IMG/VR virus record: IMGVR_UViG_3300045988_106278
Location: 1 to 64,000 of that record
From: a virus
DNA length: 64,000 nt
Direction: 5' to 3' (one strand)
Positions 25,294-35,062 of this stretch are shown here, piece by piece; the stretch's first letter is position 1, and each line of letters starts with the position of its first letter. The position numbers were made by a program, and so were the translations under genes. The notes below the pieces were generated by a model. That model saw only the letters and a list, made by a program, of their open reading frames with translations. It made no database searches and was not told the origin of the DNA.

Positions 25294-26880
25294 ATGGAAC
25301 ATTTAGTTCTTATTGGTGTTATCGCAGTCGTTATTATTGTACTGCTTGTTATTATTGCTACAATGTATGTTAAAGCTCCTCCTTCGATGGCGTACATTCT
25401 TTCAGGTTTTCGTAAGGAGCCACGAGTACTTATCGGTGGTGGTGGAGTAAAAATTCCTGTACTTGAACGATTAGATAAAGTATATCTTGGTCAAGTAACA
25501 GTTGATGTTAAGACTTCACAACCAGTTCCTACTCATGATTTCTTGGATGTAATGGTAGATGCCGTATGTAAAGTTAGGGTAAAACCTGATACAGAAGGCA
25601 CTAGACTTGCAGCTAAGAACTTCTTGAATATGAATTCTGTGCAGATTGCTGCTCAGGTGAAAGATTCTTTGGAGGGTAATATGCGTGAAGTAGTAGGTTC
25701 TCTGGACTTAATTAAGATTAACACTGATAGAGATGCATTCTCTGATGAAATTCAGAAGAAGGCAGCTCCTGATATGGCTAAGTTAGGTCTTGAGATTTTG
25801 TCTTGCAATATTCAGAATATTACTGATGAGAAAGGCTTGATCCGTGATTTGGGAGCTGATAATACAGCAGCTATTCAGAAAAATGCTAAGATTACTCGTG
25901 CTAATGCTGATAGAGACGTAGCTAAGGCTCAAGCTGAGGCTGACAATGAAGCTAATGAAGCACGAGTAAAGGCTGATACCATTATTGCTGAACGTAATAA
26001 TGAATTAGCTATTAAGAGAGCTGAACTGAAGAGATTGTCTGATATTAAGAAGGCTGAATCTGATGCTGCATATGAAATTCAGCAGCAGGAGCAGCAGAAG
26101 ACTATTAATATCAAGACTGTAGATGCTGATATTGAGAAGACTCGTAAAGAACAGACCTTATCTGAAGAGAAGATTAAGATTAAGCAGAATGAGTATCTTG
26201 CAGATGTAAATGCTAAAGCTGATGCTGACAAGTATCAGACAGAAATTGATGCTCAGGCTGCTTTGGAGAAGCAGAAGCGTGAGGCTGAGGCTGAAGCTTA
26301 TAAAGCAGAGCAAACTGCTAAGGCTGTAAAAGCTAAGGCTGAAGCTAATCGTTATTCTCAGGAGCAGGAGGCAGCAGGTATTCGTGCTAAGGGCGAAGCT
26401 GAAGCATATGCTACTCAGCAGACCTTAACTGCGGAAGCTGAAGGTACTAAAGCTAAACTTTTGGCAGAAGCTGAAGGTACTAAAGCTAAACTTTTGGCAG
26501 AAGCTGAAGGTGTGAAGGCTAAGGGTCTTGCAGAAGCTGAGGCTATGCAGAAGAAGGCTGAAGCATACAGTAAGTATGGCTCTATTGCTGTAATTGACAT
26601 GCTTTCTAAACTTAATGAGAAAGTTCTTCCTGATATGGCTAAGTATATTGCTGAACCTATGAGTAAGATTGGCAATATGACAGTTTATGGAACTAATGGT
26701 TCTGAGGCTTCTGGTATTTCTGGTAATGTGCCTGCTATTATTAAGCAGACTCGTGACATTGTAAAAGATGCCACAGGTGTAGATATGGCAGACATTATGA
26801 AGGCTAACACCATTGATGCTAAGGTTAACAAGAATGTTAACGTTAATGGCGATGTAGAAAACACCAATGTAAATGTATAA
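25294..26880 (+). CDS. Flotillin-like SPFH/band-7 domain protein (528 aa) with N-terminal TM helix and Ala/Glu-rich coiled coil
   Basis: N-terminal TM LVLIGVIAVVIIVLLVIIATMYV, followed by a region read as SPFH-like, then a long AEAEA coiled coil with tandem repeats. GC-rich codon usage. Confidence 0.7.
   Translation: MEHLVLIGVIAVVIIVLLVIIATMYVKAPPSMAYILSGFRKEPRVLIGGGGVKIPVLERLDKVYLGQVTVDVKTSQPVPTHDFLDVMVDAVCKVRVKPDTEGTRLAAKNFLNMNSVQIAAQVKDSLEGNMREVVGSLDLIKINTDRDAFSDEIQKKAAPDMAKLGLEILSCNIQNITDEKGLIRDLGADNTAAIQKNAKITRANADRDVAKAQAEADNEANEARVKADTIIAERNNELAIKRAELKRLSDIKKAESDAAYEIQQQEQQKTINIKTVDADIEKTRKEQTLSEEKIKIKQNEYLADVNAKADADKYQTEIDAQAALEKQKREAEAEAYKAEQTAKAVKAKAEANRYSQEQEAAGIRAKGEAEAYATQQTLTAEAEGTKAKLLAEAEGTKAKLLAEAEGVKAKGLAEAEAMQKKAEAYSKYGSIAVIDMLSKLNEKVLPDMAKYIAEPMSKIGNMTVYGTNGSEASGISGNVPAIIKQTRDIVKDATGVDMADIMKANTIDAKVNKNVNVNGDVENTNVNV
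26438..26503 (+). repeat. Tandem 33-nt repeat (2 copies plus a partial one) inside the flotillin-like gene, encoding AEAEGTKAKLL repeats
   Basis: gaagctgaaggtactaaagctaaacttttggca repeated exactly at 26438 and 26471. Confidence 0.8.
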
Positions 26881-26895
26881 ACATTAAGTATCACA

Positions 26896-26927
26896 GAGGG
26901 AGAGATTATTCTCTTCCTCTTTTTTTA
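26896..26927 (+). terminator. Rho-independent terminator
   Basis: agagggagaga ttat tctcttcctct ttttttt. Confidence 0.75.
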
Positions 26928-26941
26928 ACTTTTAAAATTTT

Positions 26942-28975
26942 ATGGAATATTTAGATTTTAGAAATCTTGTTACAGAAGCATGTAATAAGATGATTAAAGA
27001 GAACAAGCATCTCTTTATTCTTGACACTCAAAAAGAATTTTTATGGATGGCTTATATGGAATCTTTCCCTGAAGGAGCCGTACGTCAAGAATTTAACTGT
27101 GTAAATTGTAAACATTTCATTACTCGCTATGGAGCATTAGTCTCTGTAGATGAGAATTATAAAATACATTCTTACTGGGAGGATGTTCACGCTGAAGGAA
27201 TGTTTGCTAAAGTTGTAGACAATATGTTACAAGTGCTTAAAAATACTAAAATTAGAAATGCATTTGTTACGGAAGAGACTACAATGGGTTGTAAGTGTAA
27301 TCAGCAGATACTACCTTCTAAAGAAATAATTACTTGGAACCATTTTTATGCTATTCCTACAAGTAATTTAATTATGGATAAGTCTCAGACTCCAACATTC
27401 CGTGCAGGTGCTAAATCTTCACATGATGTATGGATAAGAACTTTATCTGAAATTAACTATAATTCTGTACAAACAATATTAGACTTAATTGCAGATGATA
27501 ACCTCTATAGAGGTGACACTTATCTACGTCAAGTGAGTGCTTTAAAGACTGCTCTTGATACAATAGAGAATAAGCACTTGGAAGGTTTTGAGTTAGATAA
27601 TTATGCTTGGATATCTTCTTGTGTACTTCCTGATGCTGTAACACATATACTTAATAGTGCTATAGGTCAGCTTCTTAAAGACATAACTGATACTAACAAT
27701 GTTGAAAGTTCAGTTAAGAAGTTTGAAGCTATGGTTGCTCCTTATAATTATAAGAGACCCAAGGGTATTGTCACTAAAACTCAGGTAGAAAATGCTTATA
27801 AAACTGTAGTAGAACTTGGCTATGAAGATTCTTTAGAGCGTCGTCATGCTAAAGTAGAAGATATATCTATTGAAGATGTTATCTTTGTAAATAGAGAAAC
27901 TCGTAAGAGAATGTTAGGAGGATTTGATTCTCTTATGAATGAAACTTCTAATACTAGCAAAACTGCTACAGACTTTGAGAAGACTGCGATTCCAACAACT
28001 ATGGAAGAGTTCCTTAATAATATTGTTTCTAAGGCTAGTAAGCTTGAATTATTCTTTGACAATAAGTTAAATAATAGTTTAGTAACTCTTACTGCCCCAG
28101 TTAATAAAGAAGCTCCTTCTATGTTTAAATGGAATAATGGGTTTGCTTGGGCATATAATGGTAATATCTCTGATGCTATTAAACAACGTGTTAAAGAAGT
28201 AGGAGGTAAGGTAGATGGCTATATGAGAATCTCTCTTCATTGGTATAATTACGATGATTTAGATTTACATATGGATTGTCCTTATGAACACATTTATTAT
28301 GGTAATAAAGCAGACCTTCTTGATGTAGATATGAATGCCTGTGGAGGTAGTGCTTTTGAAGAACGTAATAATCCTAAGAAATTCTCTCGCAATGCTGTAG
28401 AAAATATCATTTTCTCAGGAATTCCTAAAACAGGTACTTATAAAGTATTTGTTAACAACTTTGCTAAAGTTGAAAATATTGATTTAGGATTTGAAGTAGA
28501 AGTAGAACTCAATGGAGTTGTTCATACTTATGTGTATGATAAAGACGTCCCTCATAAGAGCAATGTTCCAGTATTAGACTTTACTTCTAATGGACGTGAA
28601 GTTATCTTTACTAAAGAACATTTAAGTGGTACTACAGCATCTAAAGAAATTTGGGGAGTAAAGACTCAGAACTTTGTTGAAGTATCTGCTATATGTTTAT
28701 CTCCAAATTACTGGGGAAATAATAAGGTAGGTGCTAAGCACTATTTCTTTATGCTGAAGGATTGTAAGAATCCAGATGCTGTTCGTGGATATTTTAATGA
28801 GTATCTTAAAGACGAACTCACTAAAAATCATAAGAGAGTATTTGAAGTATTAGCATCTAAAGCTTTGACTCCTTATGATGATAATCAGATGAGTGGTTTA
28901 GGATTTATAGCTACTTCTCGTAATTCACTTATGGTTAGAGTAGATTCAGGTAAAATTTATAAAGTAAACATTTAA
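26942..28975 (+). CDS. Large hypothetical protein (677 aa)
   Basis: ORF track. Directly downstream of the flotillin-like gene. Confidence 0.65.
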   Translation: MEYLDFRNLVTEACNKMIKENKHLFILDTQKEFLWMAYMESFPEGAVRQEFNCVNCKHFITRYGALVSVDENYKIHSYWEDVHAEGMFAKVVDNMLQVLKNTKIRNAFVTEETTMGCKCNQQILPSKEIITWNHFYAIPTSNLIMDKSQTPTFRAGAKSSHDVWIRTLSEINYNSVQTILDLIADDNLYRGDTYLRQVSALKTALDTIENKHLEGFELDNYAWISSCVLPDAVTHILNSAIGQLLKDITDTNNVESSVKKFEAMVAPYNYKRPKGIVTKTQVENAYKTVVELGYEDSLERRHAKVEDISIEDVIFVNRETRKRMLGGFDSLMNETSNTSKTATDFEKTAIPTTMEEFLNNIVSKASKLELFFDNKLNNSLVTLTAPVNKEAPSMFKWNNGFAWAYNGNISDAIKQRVKEVGGKVDGYMRISLHWYNYDDLDLHMDCPYEHIYYGNKADLLDVDMNACGGSAFEERNNPKKFSRNAVENIIFSGIPKTGTYKVFVNNFAKVENIDLGFEVEVELNGVVHTYVYDKDVPHKSNVPVLDFTSNGREVIFTKEHLSGTTASKEIWGVKTQNFVEVSAICLSPNYWGNNKVGAKHYFFMLKDCKNPDAVRGYFNEYLKDELTKNHKRVFEVLASKALTPYDDNQMSGLGFIATSRNSLMVRVDSGKIYKVNI

Positions 28976-28987
28976 TAATTAACAACA

Positions 28988-29356
28988 ATGTACAAAGAAG
29001 CATTACAAAAGAAATTACGTTTTAAGACAAACAAGGGTATGATTACTACAGAAGATTTGTTCGACTTATCTCTGCAGAATCTTAACACTTTAGCTATTAT
29101 GCTGGATAAGAAAATTAGTGAGGCTCCTAAGAAGTCTTTCATTGAAGAGCTTCCAGCTGAAGAAAATGATGATGAACTTCGTTTCAGCATCGTAAAAGAT
29201 GTAATTAATATTAAATTAAAGGCTCGTAAAGACAATATTAATAGAGCACAGATTGATGCTCGTAACAAACGTATTGCTGAGCTTATCGCAAAGAAAGAGG
29301 ACGAAGCTCTTGAGAATAAATCTATTGAAGAGCTTCGTGCTATGATTCAGAATTAA
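28988..29356 (+). CDS. Hypothetical charged/coiled-coil protein (122 aa)
   Basis: ORF track. Confidence 0.5.
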   Translation: MYKEALQKKLRFKTNKGMITTEDLFDLSLQNLNTLAIMLDKKISEAPKKSFIEELPAEENDDELRFSIVKDVINIKLKARKDNINRAQIDARNKRIAELIAKKEDEALENKSIEELRAMIQN

Positions 29357-29482
29357 AATTTTTAAGATTTTATTTTTAGAAAAAAAATTCACAACTATAA
29401 TAACCTCAGTAATAAGGAATACTTATTGAACGTTGTGAAACGTGAATTATAGTCGTGATAATTAAAAGGAAACTCAATCTTT

Positions 29483-29516
29483 TGAGGGGACTCTATTTAG
29501 AGTTCCCTCTTTTGGT
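29483..29516 (+). terminator. Rho-independent terminator
   Basis: gaggggactct attt agagttccctc ttttgg. Confidence 0.55.
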
Positions 29517-29521
29517 TTATT

Positions 29522-29743
29522 ATGACTAGCAAATTTAAATTGTATGAAAGTATTGTCTTAGACAATATTAAATTTACAGTTATTAATATTAGTGTAATTC
29601 CACAATGTGCTCAATATATAGATAATAAATTTGTCTATTTATTTGATTTTAATTATTCTTTAAGTTATGGGGATTACAAGATAGAACTCACAGAGACAGA
29701 AATAAATAATTTAATTAAAAATAATAAAGTAAACAAAAATTAA
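29522..29743 (+). CDS. Hypothetical protein (73 aa)
   Basis: ORF track. Confidence 0.35.
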   Translation: MTSKFKLYESIVLDNIKFTVINISVIPQCAQYIDNKFVYLFDFNYSLSYGDYKIELTETEINNLIKNNKVNKN

Positions 29744-29916
29744 CTTTTATAATTTTTATAGTTAAATTATATTTATATCACAAACGGGTTAGGACTGTTA
29801 TAGTTACGAATTTCACGATTAACCTGATTCCCAGATGTATATATCTATAAATATACTGACTTTTTTGAAGATTTCAACATGAAATTGGAAGGGTCGTACT
29901 TACCTTAGTACACAGA

Positions 29917-29948
29917 ACCGAGAATTGGGAAGTTCTCGGTTCATTTTT
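29917..29948 (+). terminator. Rho-independent terminator
   Basis: gaaccgagaa ttggg aagttctcggttc attttt. Confidence 0.65.
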
Positions 29949-30165
29949 AAATTTTATTAAAATTATATTTTGAATAATAAAATTTAGATTTATAATAGTC
30001 AATACGATAAAAAAGAATAAAAAATGAAGAAATTACTTGTATTTAGTGTGTTATTTACACTCTTGAGTTGTTCTACTGGTTCAAATAATTCAGTAAATTC
30101 AACTTCAAATGATTCTATTAATGTTGATACTACTGTTATTGATTCAACTGTATGTCCTGATTAAT

Positions 30166-30246
30166 CAGGACTTTCGTCTAGATAGCCAAGTGGTCAACGG
30201 CAGCAAGCTGTTAACTTGCCCCGAAAGGTTCCTAGGTTCGAATCCT
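30166..30246 (+). tRNA. tRNA-Asn (anticodon GTT) with an unusually long (12-nt) variable region
   Basis: Acceptor GTCTAGA/TCTAGGC. Anticodon arm GCAAG-CTGTTAA-CTTGC is perfect. T arm CTAGG-TTCGAAT-CCTAG is perfect. Length 81 nt. Confidence 0.6.
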
Positions 30247-30257
30247 AGTCTAGGCGC

Positions 30258-30334
30258 AAAGACACATGGAGTATTAAGCCCTGTTGGTAAGGGAACTAGA
30301 CTGTCACTCTAGTAAAACTAAGAGTTCGAGTCCC
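30258..30334 (+). tRNA. tRNA-Asp (anticodon GTC)
   Basis: Acceptor GGAGTAT/ATATTCC. Anticodon arm CTAGA-CTGTCAC-TCTAG is perfect. T arm AAGAG-TTCGAGT-CCCTT has one mismatch. Confidence 0.6.
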
Positions 30335-30489
30335 TTATATTCCGCAAATAATGGAGAGGACCTAGCATTTAACTAGGCGGTTGTTAGAGGTAGCGGTGGC
30401 GATCCACGAGTATGCCTGATAGCTCAATGTATTATTAGAATATGGTCACGATAGTTCGCCCGTCTAATGCCATATTCGCCTTTATTTAA

Positions 30490-30562
30490 GCTTCTATAGC
30501 ACAATTGATAGTGCAGCACTCTTGTAAAGTGCAGGTTATTGGTTTGAGTCCAATTAGAAGCT
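30490..30562 (+). tRNA. tRNA-Thr (anticodon TGT)
   Basis: Acceptor GCTTCTA/TAGAAGC. D arm GCAC-AATTGATA-GTGC. Anticodon arm GCACT-CTTGTAA-AGTGC. T arm ATTGG-TTTGAGT-CCAAT. All perfect; length 73 nt. Confidence 0.8.
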
Positions 30563-30574
30563 CTTTATTTATAT

Positions 30575-30647
30575 TTGAGGTGAGTGAAACGGCTTACACG
30601 TCTGTCTCATAAGCAGAAAACAGTGGGTTCAACTCCCACATCTCGAA
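30575..30647 (+). tRNA. tRNA with anticodon CAT (elongator Met or Ile2)
   Basis: Acceptor TTGAGGT/ATCTCGA with two G-U pairs. Anticodon arm TCTGT-CTCATAA-GCAGA. T arm GTGGG-TTCAACT-CCCAC is perfect. Confidence 0.6.
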
Positions 30648-30702
30648 CTAAACGGTTATTGGTCTGAGTCCAATACCTACAACTAATTAAAAAATAAATA
30701 AT

Positions 30703-31179
30703 ATGAAAAAAACTTTTAATTATCAATCTGACGCAAACTTTTATGATAAAAAGGATTTTATTATAGCTGTTTTAAAAAGCAAAATAAATAGGTTTAAAGA
30801 GTATGATGCTGAAAGAAAAAAGCATTATGCTGGATTAGAACAAAAAATCGGAGAATTAGAATCCTATATAGATGAATTAGAAAATGGACTTGGTATAGAA
30901 TCTTTAAATAATAAGATTCAGTCTTTAGAAAATGAGATTGAGAAACAGAATCTTAAAATTAGAGAGTTAAGAGCTAAAGTTAATATATCTTTATTTGATG
31001 ATACTAAGTCTTTTAGAGAATTAGAATCTATGGCAAATAATTTGAAAGACTTTAATAGCATGAAATTAGCTATTAAAGGTCTCAAAAAACAGCTTAGAGA
31101 TAATAAAAAAACTATATCTGATTTAGTATATGAATTAACACAAGCTAAACTTAAAATAAAACAATTAACTGGAGAGTAA
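30703..31179 (+). CDS. Hypothetical coiled-coil protein (158 aa)
   Basis: ORF track. Heptad-rich sequence (ELESYIDELENGLGIESLNNKIQSLENEIEKQNLKIRELRAK). Confidence 0.5.
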   Translation: MKKTFNYQSDANFYDKKDFIIAVLKSKINRFKEYDAERKKHYAGLEQKIGELESYIDELENGLGIESLNNKIQSLENEIEKQNLKIRELRAKVNISLFDDTKSFRELESMANNLKDFNSMKLAIKGLKKQLRDNKKTISDLVYELTQAKLKIKQLTGE

Positions 31180-31189
31180 TCTCCAATTT

Positions 31190-31263
31190 GGGCTCGTAGT
31201 TCAGTTGGCTAGAACGCTACTTTTGCAAGGTAGATGTCGTGGGTTCGAGTCCCATCGTGGTCC
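31190..31263 (+). tRNA. tRNA-Ala (anticodon TGC) with a mismatched acceptor stem
   Basis: D arm GTTC-AGTTGGCTA-GAAC is perfect. Anticodon arm is CTACT-TTTGCAA-GGTAG and T arm GTGGG-TTCGAGT-CCCAT. Acceptor GGGCTCG/CGTGGTC has two mismatches. Confidence 0.5.
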
Positions 31264-31282
31264 ACTATTAAATTAAATATTT

Positions 31283-31621
31283 ATGAAAATAACTATTGAT
31301 ACAGACAATTTAGAAACATTAAAGTATAAAACTGAAGATGTTCCTATTTTAATGAAGACTTTCCAACAATTAATAAATAAATTAATGTATGAAGTAATAG
31401 GGAATTATTATTCTGTAGACAATGTTCCTGAAGATACTCCAAAATGGGTAAAAGAAGAACTACTTAATGTAGGAAAAACCTGTTATATGGATGGGCATAT
31501 GAATAAAGAATATGTCTTTAAAGGTATTCAAGAAACATTTGAGGATTATTATTATATATTAGAAGATAATAATAAAAAAATTTCTTATTCTTCATGCGTT
31601 GGAAAGATATCTTATAAATAA
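31283..31621 (+). CDS. Hypothetical protein (112 aa)
   Basis: ORF track. Confidence 0.45.
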   Translation: MKITIDTDNLETLKYKTEDVPILMKTFQQLINKLMYEVIGNYYSVDNVPEDTPKWVKEELLNVGKTCYMDGHMNKEYVFKGIQETFEDYYYILEDNNKKISYSSCVGKISYK

Positions 31622-31623
31622 AT

Positions 31624-31701
31624 GCAAGATTAGTGTAGCTGAAGGCGCATATCTGGCTTCCAACCAGAAGGCTTGCGTGGGTTTGATTCCCACATCTTGC
31701 A
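31624..31701 (+). tRNA. tRNA-Gly (anticodon TCC)
   Basis: Acceptor GCAAGAT/ATCTTGC is perfect. Anticodon arm TCTGG-CTTCCAA-CCAGA is perfect. T arm GTGGG-TTTGATT-CCCAC is perfect. Length 78 nt with an 8-nt variable loop. Confidence 0.7.
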
Positions 31702-32102
31702 CTATGATAAAGCTCTAGAATACTAGTTACAGGAGCAACGTAACTTATAGGGTGCCTCTCAACGATGCATACTCGCCTATTAGGTGTCGTAGAACCTACG
31801 AACTGGAATGGTTCGATGATTTTTTGCATTCCTATAGAATCCTAAATAATAAAAATAGAGACCATGTCTCTAACAGGGGTGATTTACCTGGGATTCTTAA
31901 ATTTTTAAACTCTCCTCCTAGATATTTTATAAGTTAAACTTTAAATTTGATTTATTATGATGAAAATTTTAAAAAGAACTTTAAAAGCATTTAAGAAGGG
32001 TTGGACTTGGTATGCTAATCAGTATTGTAGATTATACATGCCTCCAATTATTTAATCTTATTATTTAATTTGTAAGTACCAAAGGGGTACTTACTGATGT
32101 TG

Positions 32103-32138
32103 AGTCGGGCAATAAGCTCGACTTTTTTTGTTTGTATA
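32103..32138 (+). terminator. Rho-independent terminator
   Basis: agtcg ggcaataagct cgact ttttttt. Preceded by a 9-bp hairpin gtaagtacc/ggtacttac at 32071-32095. Confidence 0.55.
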
Positions 32139-32161
32139 CATTTTTAAAAATTTTATATATT

Positions 32162-32530
32162 ATGGGAATAATTAACACAATTAAAACAACATTAAATGGT
32201 ATTAATGGTGCTACTTGGATTAACAATGTTAAAATAGAAGGAGCACAAACCATTAGTATTAATAATGGTAAAATTTATGTAAATGGAAATTTAAGAGAAG
32301 GTCTTGAAAGTCCATCTATAGAAGTAAAAATAGAAGGTAATGTAGCTAGTGTACGTACTGATAGTGGGGATGTCTCAATTACAGGGGATGTTTCAACTGT
32401 TAATACAACTAGTGGTGATGTATCCTGTAAAGACGTTAAAGGTGGAGTATTAACAATGAGTGGCGATGTTACTTGTGGTAATATTGGTGGAAATGTTAGT
32501 ACTATGAGTGGTAATATATGCCCTAACTAA
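32162..32530 (+). CDS. Repeat-rich hypothetical protein, possibly bactofilin-like (SGDVS/GDVT repeats)
   Basis: ORF track 32132..32530, trimmed to Met 32162 because the upstream ATG lies inside the terminator. Sequence has degenerate GDVS(I/T)TGDVS repeats suggestive of a beta-helix fold. Confidence 0.4.
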   Translation: MGIINTIKTTLNGINGATWINNVKIEGAQTISINNGKIYVNGNLREGLESPSIEVKIEGNVASVRTDSGDVSITGDVSTVNTTSGDVSCKDVKGGVLTMSGDVTCGNIGGNVSTMSGNICPN

Positions 32531-32544
32531 AAAGATTATTTATA

Positions 32545-32928
32545 ATGAGAAGATTTAAATTTATATTAATATTATTATGTTTCTTATGCACTAAAAGTAT
32601 TGCTCAAACAATAACTCATGTAACTCTTACTTGTTATCAACCAGTAAAGAGTCAGTGTGATAATAAACCATTAGTTACAGCTGATGGTTCTAAAATAAAT
32701 TTACACCATTTAAAACATAATAAAATTAAGTGGTGTGCTATATCTCGTGATTTACTTTATTTATTTCCAAAGAATAAACCTAAAAAAGTGTTTATAGAAG
32801 GATTTGGGATATATGAAGTTAGGGATGTCATGAATAAAAGACATAAACATCGTATTGATATATTAATACACCCCAAAAATTCTAAACGAATCAGTATCAA
32901 ACATGTAAAAGTTAAAATTCTTAAATAA
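32545..32928 (+). CDS. Secreted hypothetical protein (127 aa) with signal peptide
   Basis: N-terminal MRRFKFILILLCFLCTKSIAQT. Confidence 0.5.
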   Translation: MRRFKFILILLCFLCTKSIAQTITHVTLTCYQPVKSQCDNKPLVTADGSKINLHHLKHNKIKWCAISRDLLYLFPKNKPKKVFIEGFGIYEVRDVMNKRHKHRIDILIHPKNSKRISIKHVKVKILK

Positions 32929-33350
32929 TGTGTTTATATTTGCGATATAAAGAAGAATGTGTAGCTACTTCTAACATATGTGTATGGAAAGCTCTAATAA
33001 ATTATGGTAGGCTCGGTTATTATTCACCAATATTTAATTATAGATATAATATAGGAGAAACTTATACATCATACTTAGACAGAAATAAGAATAGTGTATC
33101 TGTAGATATAGGACTACATTCTTTTGGATATAATATAAAGATAATAAGTCCTTATGCTGGAAGATATGAATGTCGTGGAGATACACATAATAGTTTTGAT
33201 ATTGATGAATCTATTGATACTATAGGTTTATTTATAATTCCTGAAGGAAGTCACTATTATACTGATGGATATTTCTACGCAAGTGATACTTTAAAATTAT
33301 TAAGAACTCTTCCAAAAAATAAATTTTTTAATTATATGATGAACAAATGA
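32928..33350 (+). CDS. MCW-family paralog, copy 6 (starts MCL; 140 aa), distant from the tandem cluster
   Basis: Carries GLHSFGY and IGLFIIPEGSHYYTDGYFYASDTLKLL, matching the family motifs at 15-17.5 kb. Confidence 0.5.
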   Translation: MCLYLRYKEECVATSNICVWKALINYGRLGYYSPIFNYRYNIGETYTSYLDRNKNSVSVDIGLHSFGYNIKIISPYAGRYECRGDTHNSFDIDESIDTIGLFIIPEGSHYYTDGYFYASDTLKLLRTLPKNKFFNYMMNK

Positions 33351-33455
33351 CATTAAAAGAAGCCGTAGAAGCCTTTGATGGCAAAAAAGGGACTAGTAAG
33401 TTTATCTTATTAGTCCCTATTTTTGTATTAGCATTACTAATATTTATTAATTTAA

Positions 33456-33656
33456 ATGGTTAAGTATAAAAAGTGTGGGGCATTACGAATTAGAATAGAT
33501 GGTAATAAATGTATTGTAGTAAATCTTAGATTACCTTCTATTACTAGTCGTAGTACTTCATATTTAGGGTTTTTAAGAGAAACTATTTTAGATAGTAATA
33601 AGCAAGAGTTTAATAATGCTGTAGAAACAATCTGTACTAGGATTAAATCTTTATAG
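33456..33656 (+). CDS. Hypothetical protein (66 aa)
   Basis: ORF track. Confidence 0.35.
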   Translation: MVKYKKCGALRIRIDGNKCIVVNLRLPSITSRSTSYLGFLRETILDSNKQEFNNAVETICTRIKSL

Positions 33657-33722
33657 TATTATATTATCTTACTTATCATAACGCAGATGATTATTAGTAG
33701 AAAATTATTAATATGATTAAAT

Positions 33723-33905
33723 GTGTTTATTGATTTAACATTAGACAGCGATAGTATTAATAGAAGATATTTAATAGCCGTAGATGATATTTCCGTAGTA
33801 GAAGAAGCTGGAGAAAGCTCTTATGTAATGTTAAAGAGTGGTGACTATCTTTCTGTGAAGGAATCTATTGATTATATAAAGTCTTTATTAAATGTTGTCA
33901 AATGA
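33723..33905 (+). CDS. Hypothetical protein (60 aa)
   Basis: ORF track. Confidence 0.3.
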   Translation: MFIDLTLDSDSINRRYLIAVDDISVVEEAGESSYVMLKSGDYLSVKESIDYIKSLLNVVK

Positions 33906-34119
33906 AAAAGTAAATGTAAATTTAGGATGTGGAGGATGGGTTATTCCAGTAACTTTTATTATTTTATTAGTTGCTAAAGTTATTCTACATTCAGATATTT
34001 CATGGTTAGTTGTTTTTAGCCCATTCTTAATAGGAATAGGACTCATAATTATACTCTGTATTATATTGCTAATTTTATATTGTATACCTGATGGAAGATC
34101 TAACAGATATTATAAGTGA
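33892..34119 (+). CDS. Hypothetical membrane protein (75 aa) with two TM helices
   Basis: ORF track. Hydrophobic stretches WVIPVTFIILLVAKVIL and LVVFSPFLIGIGLIIILCIILLIL. Confidence 0.45.
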   Translation: MLSNEKVNVNLGCGGWVIPVTFIILLVAKVILHSDISWLVVFSPFLIGIGLIIILCIILLILYCIPDGRSNRYYK

Positions 34120-34155
34120 TCTAGATGATTATTGGAATGATCTAGAAGCAGACTA

Positions 34156-34338
34156 TTGGAATTCCTTAGAAAAAGAAGGATTATGAATTCAGATACTCTT
34201 GAAATAAAAGTAAATGAAGCTTGGAAAACATTAATTGCAAAATCTCCTTATCTATTAATGTTTAATAAAGAGTTAGAAAAGTGTAAAGACTTTTTTATTC
34301 TAGGATATTATACAGCAATTAGGGATTCTCACTTATGA
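34156..34338 (+). CDS. Hypothetical protein (60 aa)
   Basis: ORF track. Confidence 0.3.
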   Translation: MEFLRKRRIMNSDTLEIKVNEAWKTLIAKSPYLLMFNKELEKCKDFFILGYYTAIRDSHL

Positions 34339-34562
34339 ATTATCAAAAAGCTAGTCAAGTATCTCTATTAGTAGAATTAATTAAATCTTCTGAAATAGTG
34401 TCTAAAGAATATTCTGAAGCACATATACCAGAAGATTTAATTTCTAATATAAAGATATTGTGTATGAAAGATAATAGTTTTAGAAGAAGTTTCTATAGTA
34501 TAATGCAGAAACTTGGAAAGAAATATTTAGATATTTATATAAATAAATTATCAGCATTATGA
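34335..34562 (+). CDS. Hypothetical protein (75 aa)
   Basis: ORF track. Confidence 0.35.
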   Translation: MNYQKASQVSLLVELIKSSEIVSKEYSEAHIPEDLISNIKILCMKDNSFRRSFYSIMQKLGKKYLDIYINKLSAL

Positions 34563-35062
34563 ACTTAGTTTGGTTGAAATTAATAAAGCGAATCTTAACC
34601 CATAAGTATTATGTTGCTAAATATTGCTTTCAAATAGGATTATATTGGCAAGGTATTACTCATGATTTGTCTAAATTTAGTTTTACAGAATTTTCAAGAG
34701 CTATTAAGTATTGGGATGATAATATAAGTTCATTAGCGAATGAATGTAGAATATTAGGATATAGTCAAACATTCCTTCACCATAGAGGAAGAAATCCTCA
34801 TCATTATGAATATTGGATACATTCCTTAGATAATGGAGGAATTCCTGCTAAAATGCCTAAAAAATATGTTCTAGAACTTATATGTGATTATTTAGCAGCA
34901 GCTAAAACATATGGAGCTGACCCTAGAAGAGAATATACATGGTGGCTTAAACAACAGCCTCATATGAAAATCCACAAAAAAACTAAGAGTTATATAACTG
35001 AAGTGTTTTATAAATATAGTATAGGTTTAACATTAAAAGAATCAATTAATGGAAATTATTAA
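34559..35062 (+). CDS. Hypothetical protein, possible HD-family phosphohydrolase (167 aa)
   Basis: The spacing of His/Asp residues (LTHKY ... GITHDLSKF ... FLHHRGRNPHHYEYW ... D) resembles an HD motif, weakly. Sits directly upstream of the NAD+ cluster. Confidence 0.3.
   Translation: MNLVWLKLIKRILTHKYYVAKYCFQIGLYWQGITHDLSKFSFTEFSRAIKYWDDNISSLANECRILGYSQTFLHHRGRNPHHYEYWIHSLDNGGIPAKMPKKYVLELICDYLAAAKTYGADPRREYTWWLKQQPHMKIHKKTKSYITEVFYKYSIGLTLKESINGNY

Noticed and set aside
30109-30312. ORF-track CDS (67 aa) over the tRNA-Asn/tRNA-Asp region.
   Set aside because: It overlaps two well-folding tRNA genes and looks like a spurious frame.
31700-32100. Possible additional tRNA: a GGAATGGTTCGATGATTTTTTGCATTCC hairpin with a T-loop-like core after tRNA-Gly.
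   Set aside because: It has only a single hairpin with no acceptor or D arm. It is probably a tRNA remnant or a terminator-like hairpin.
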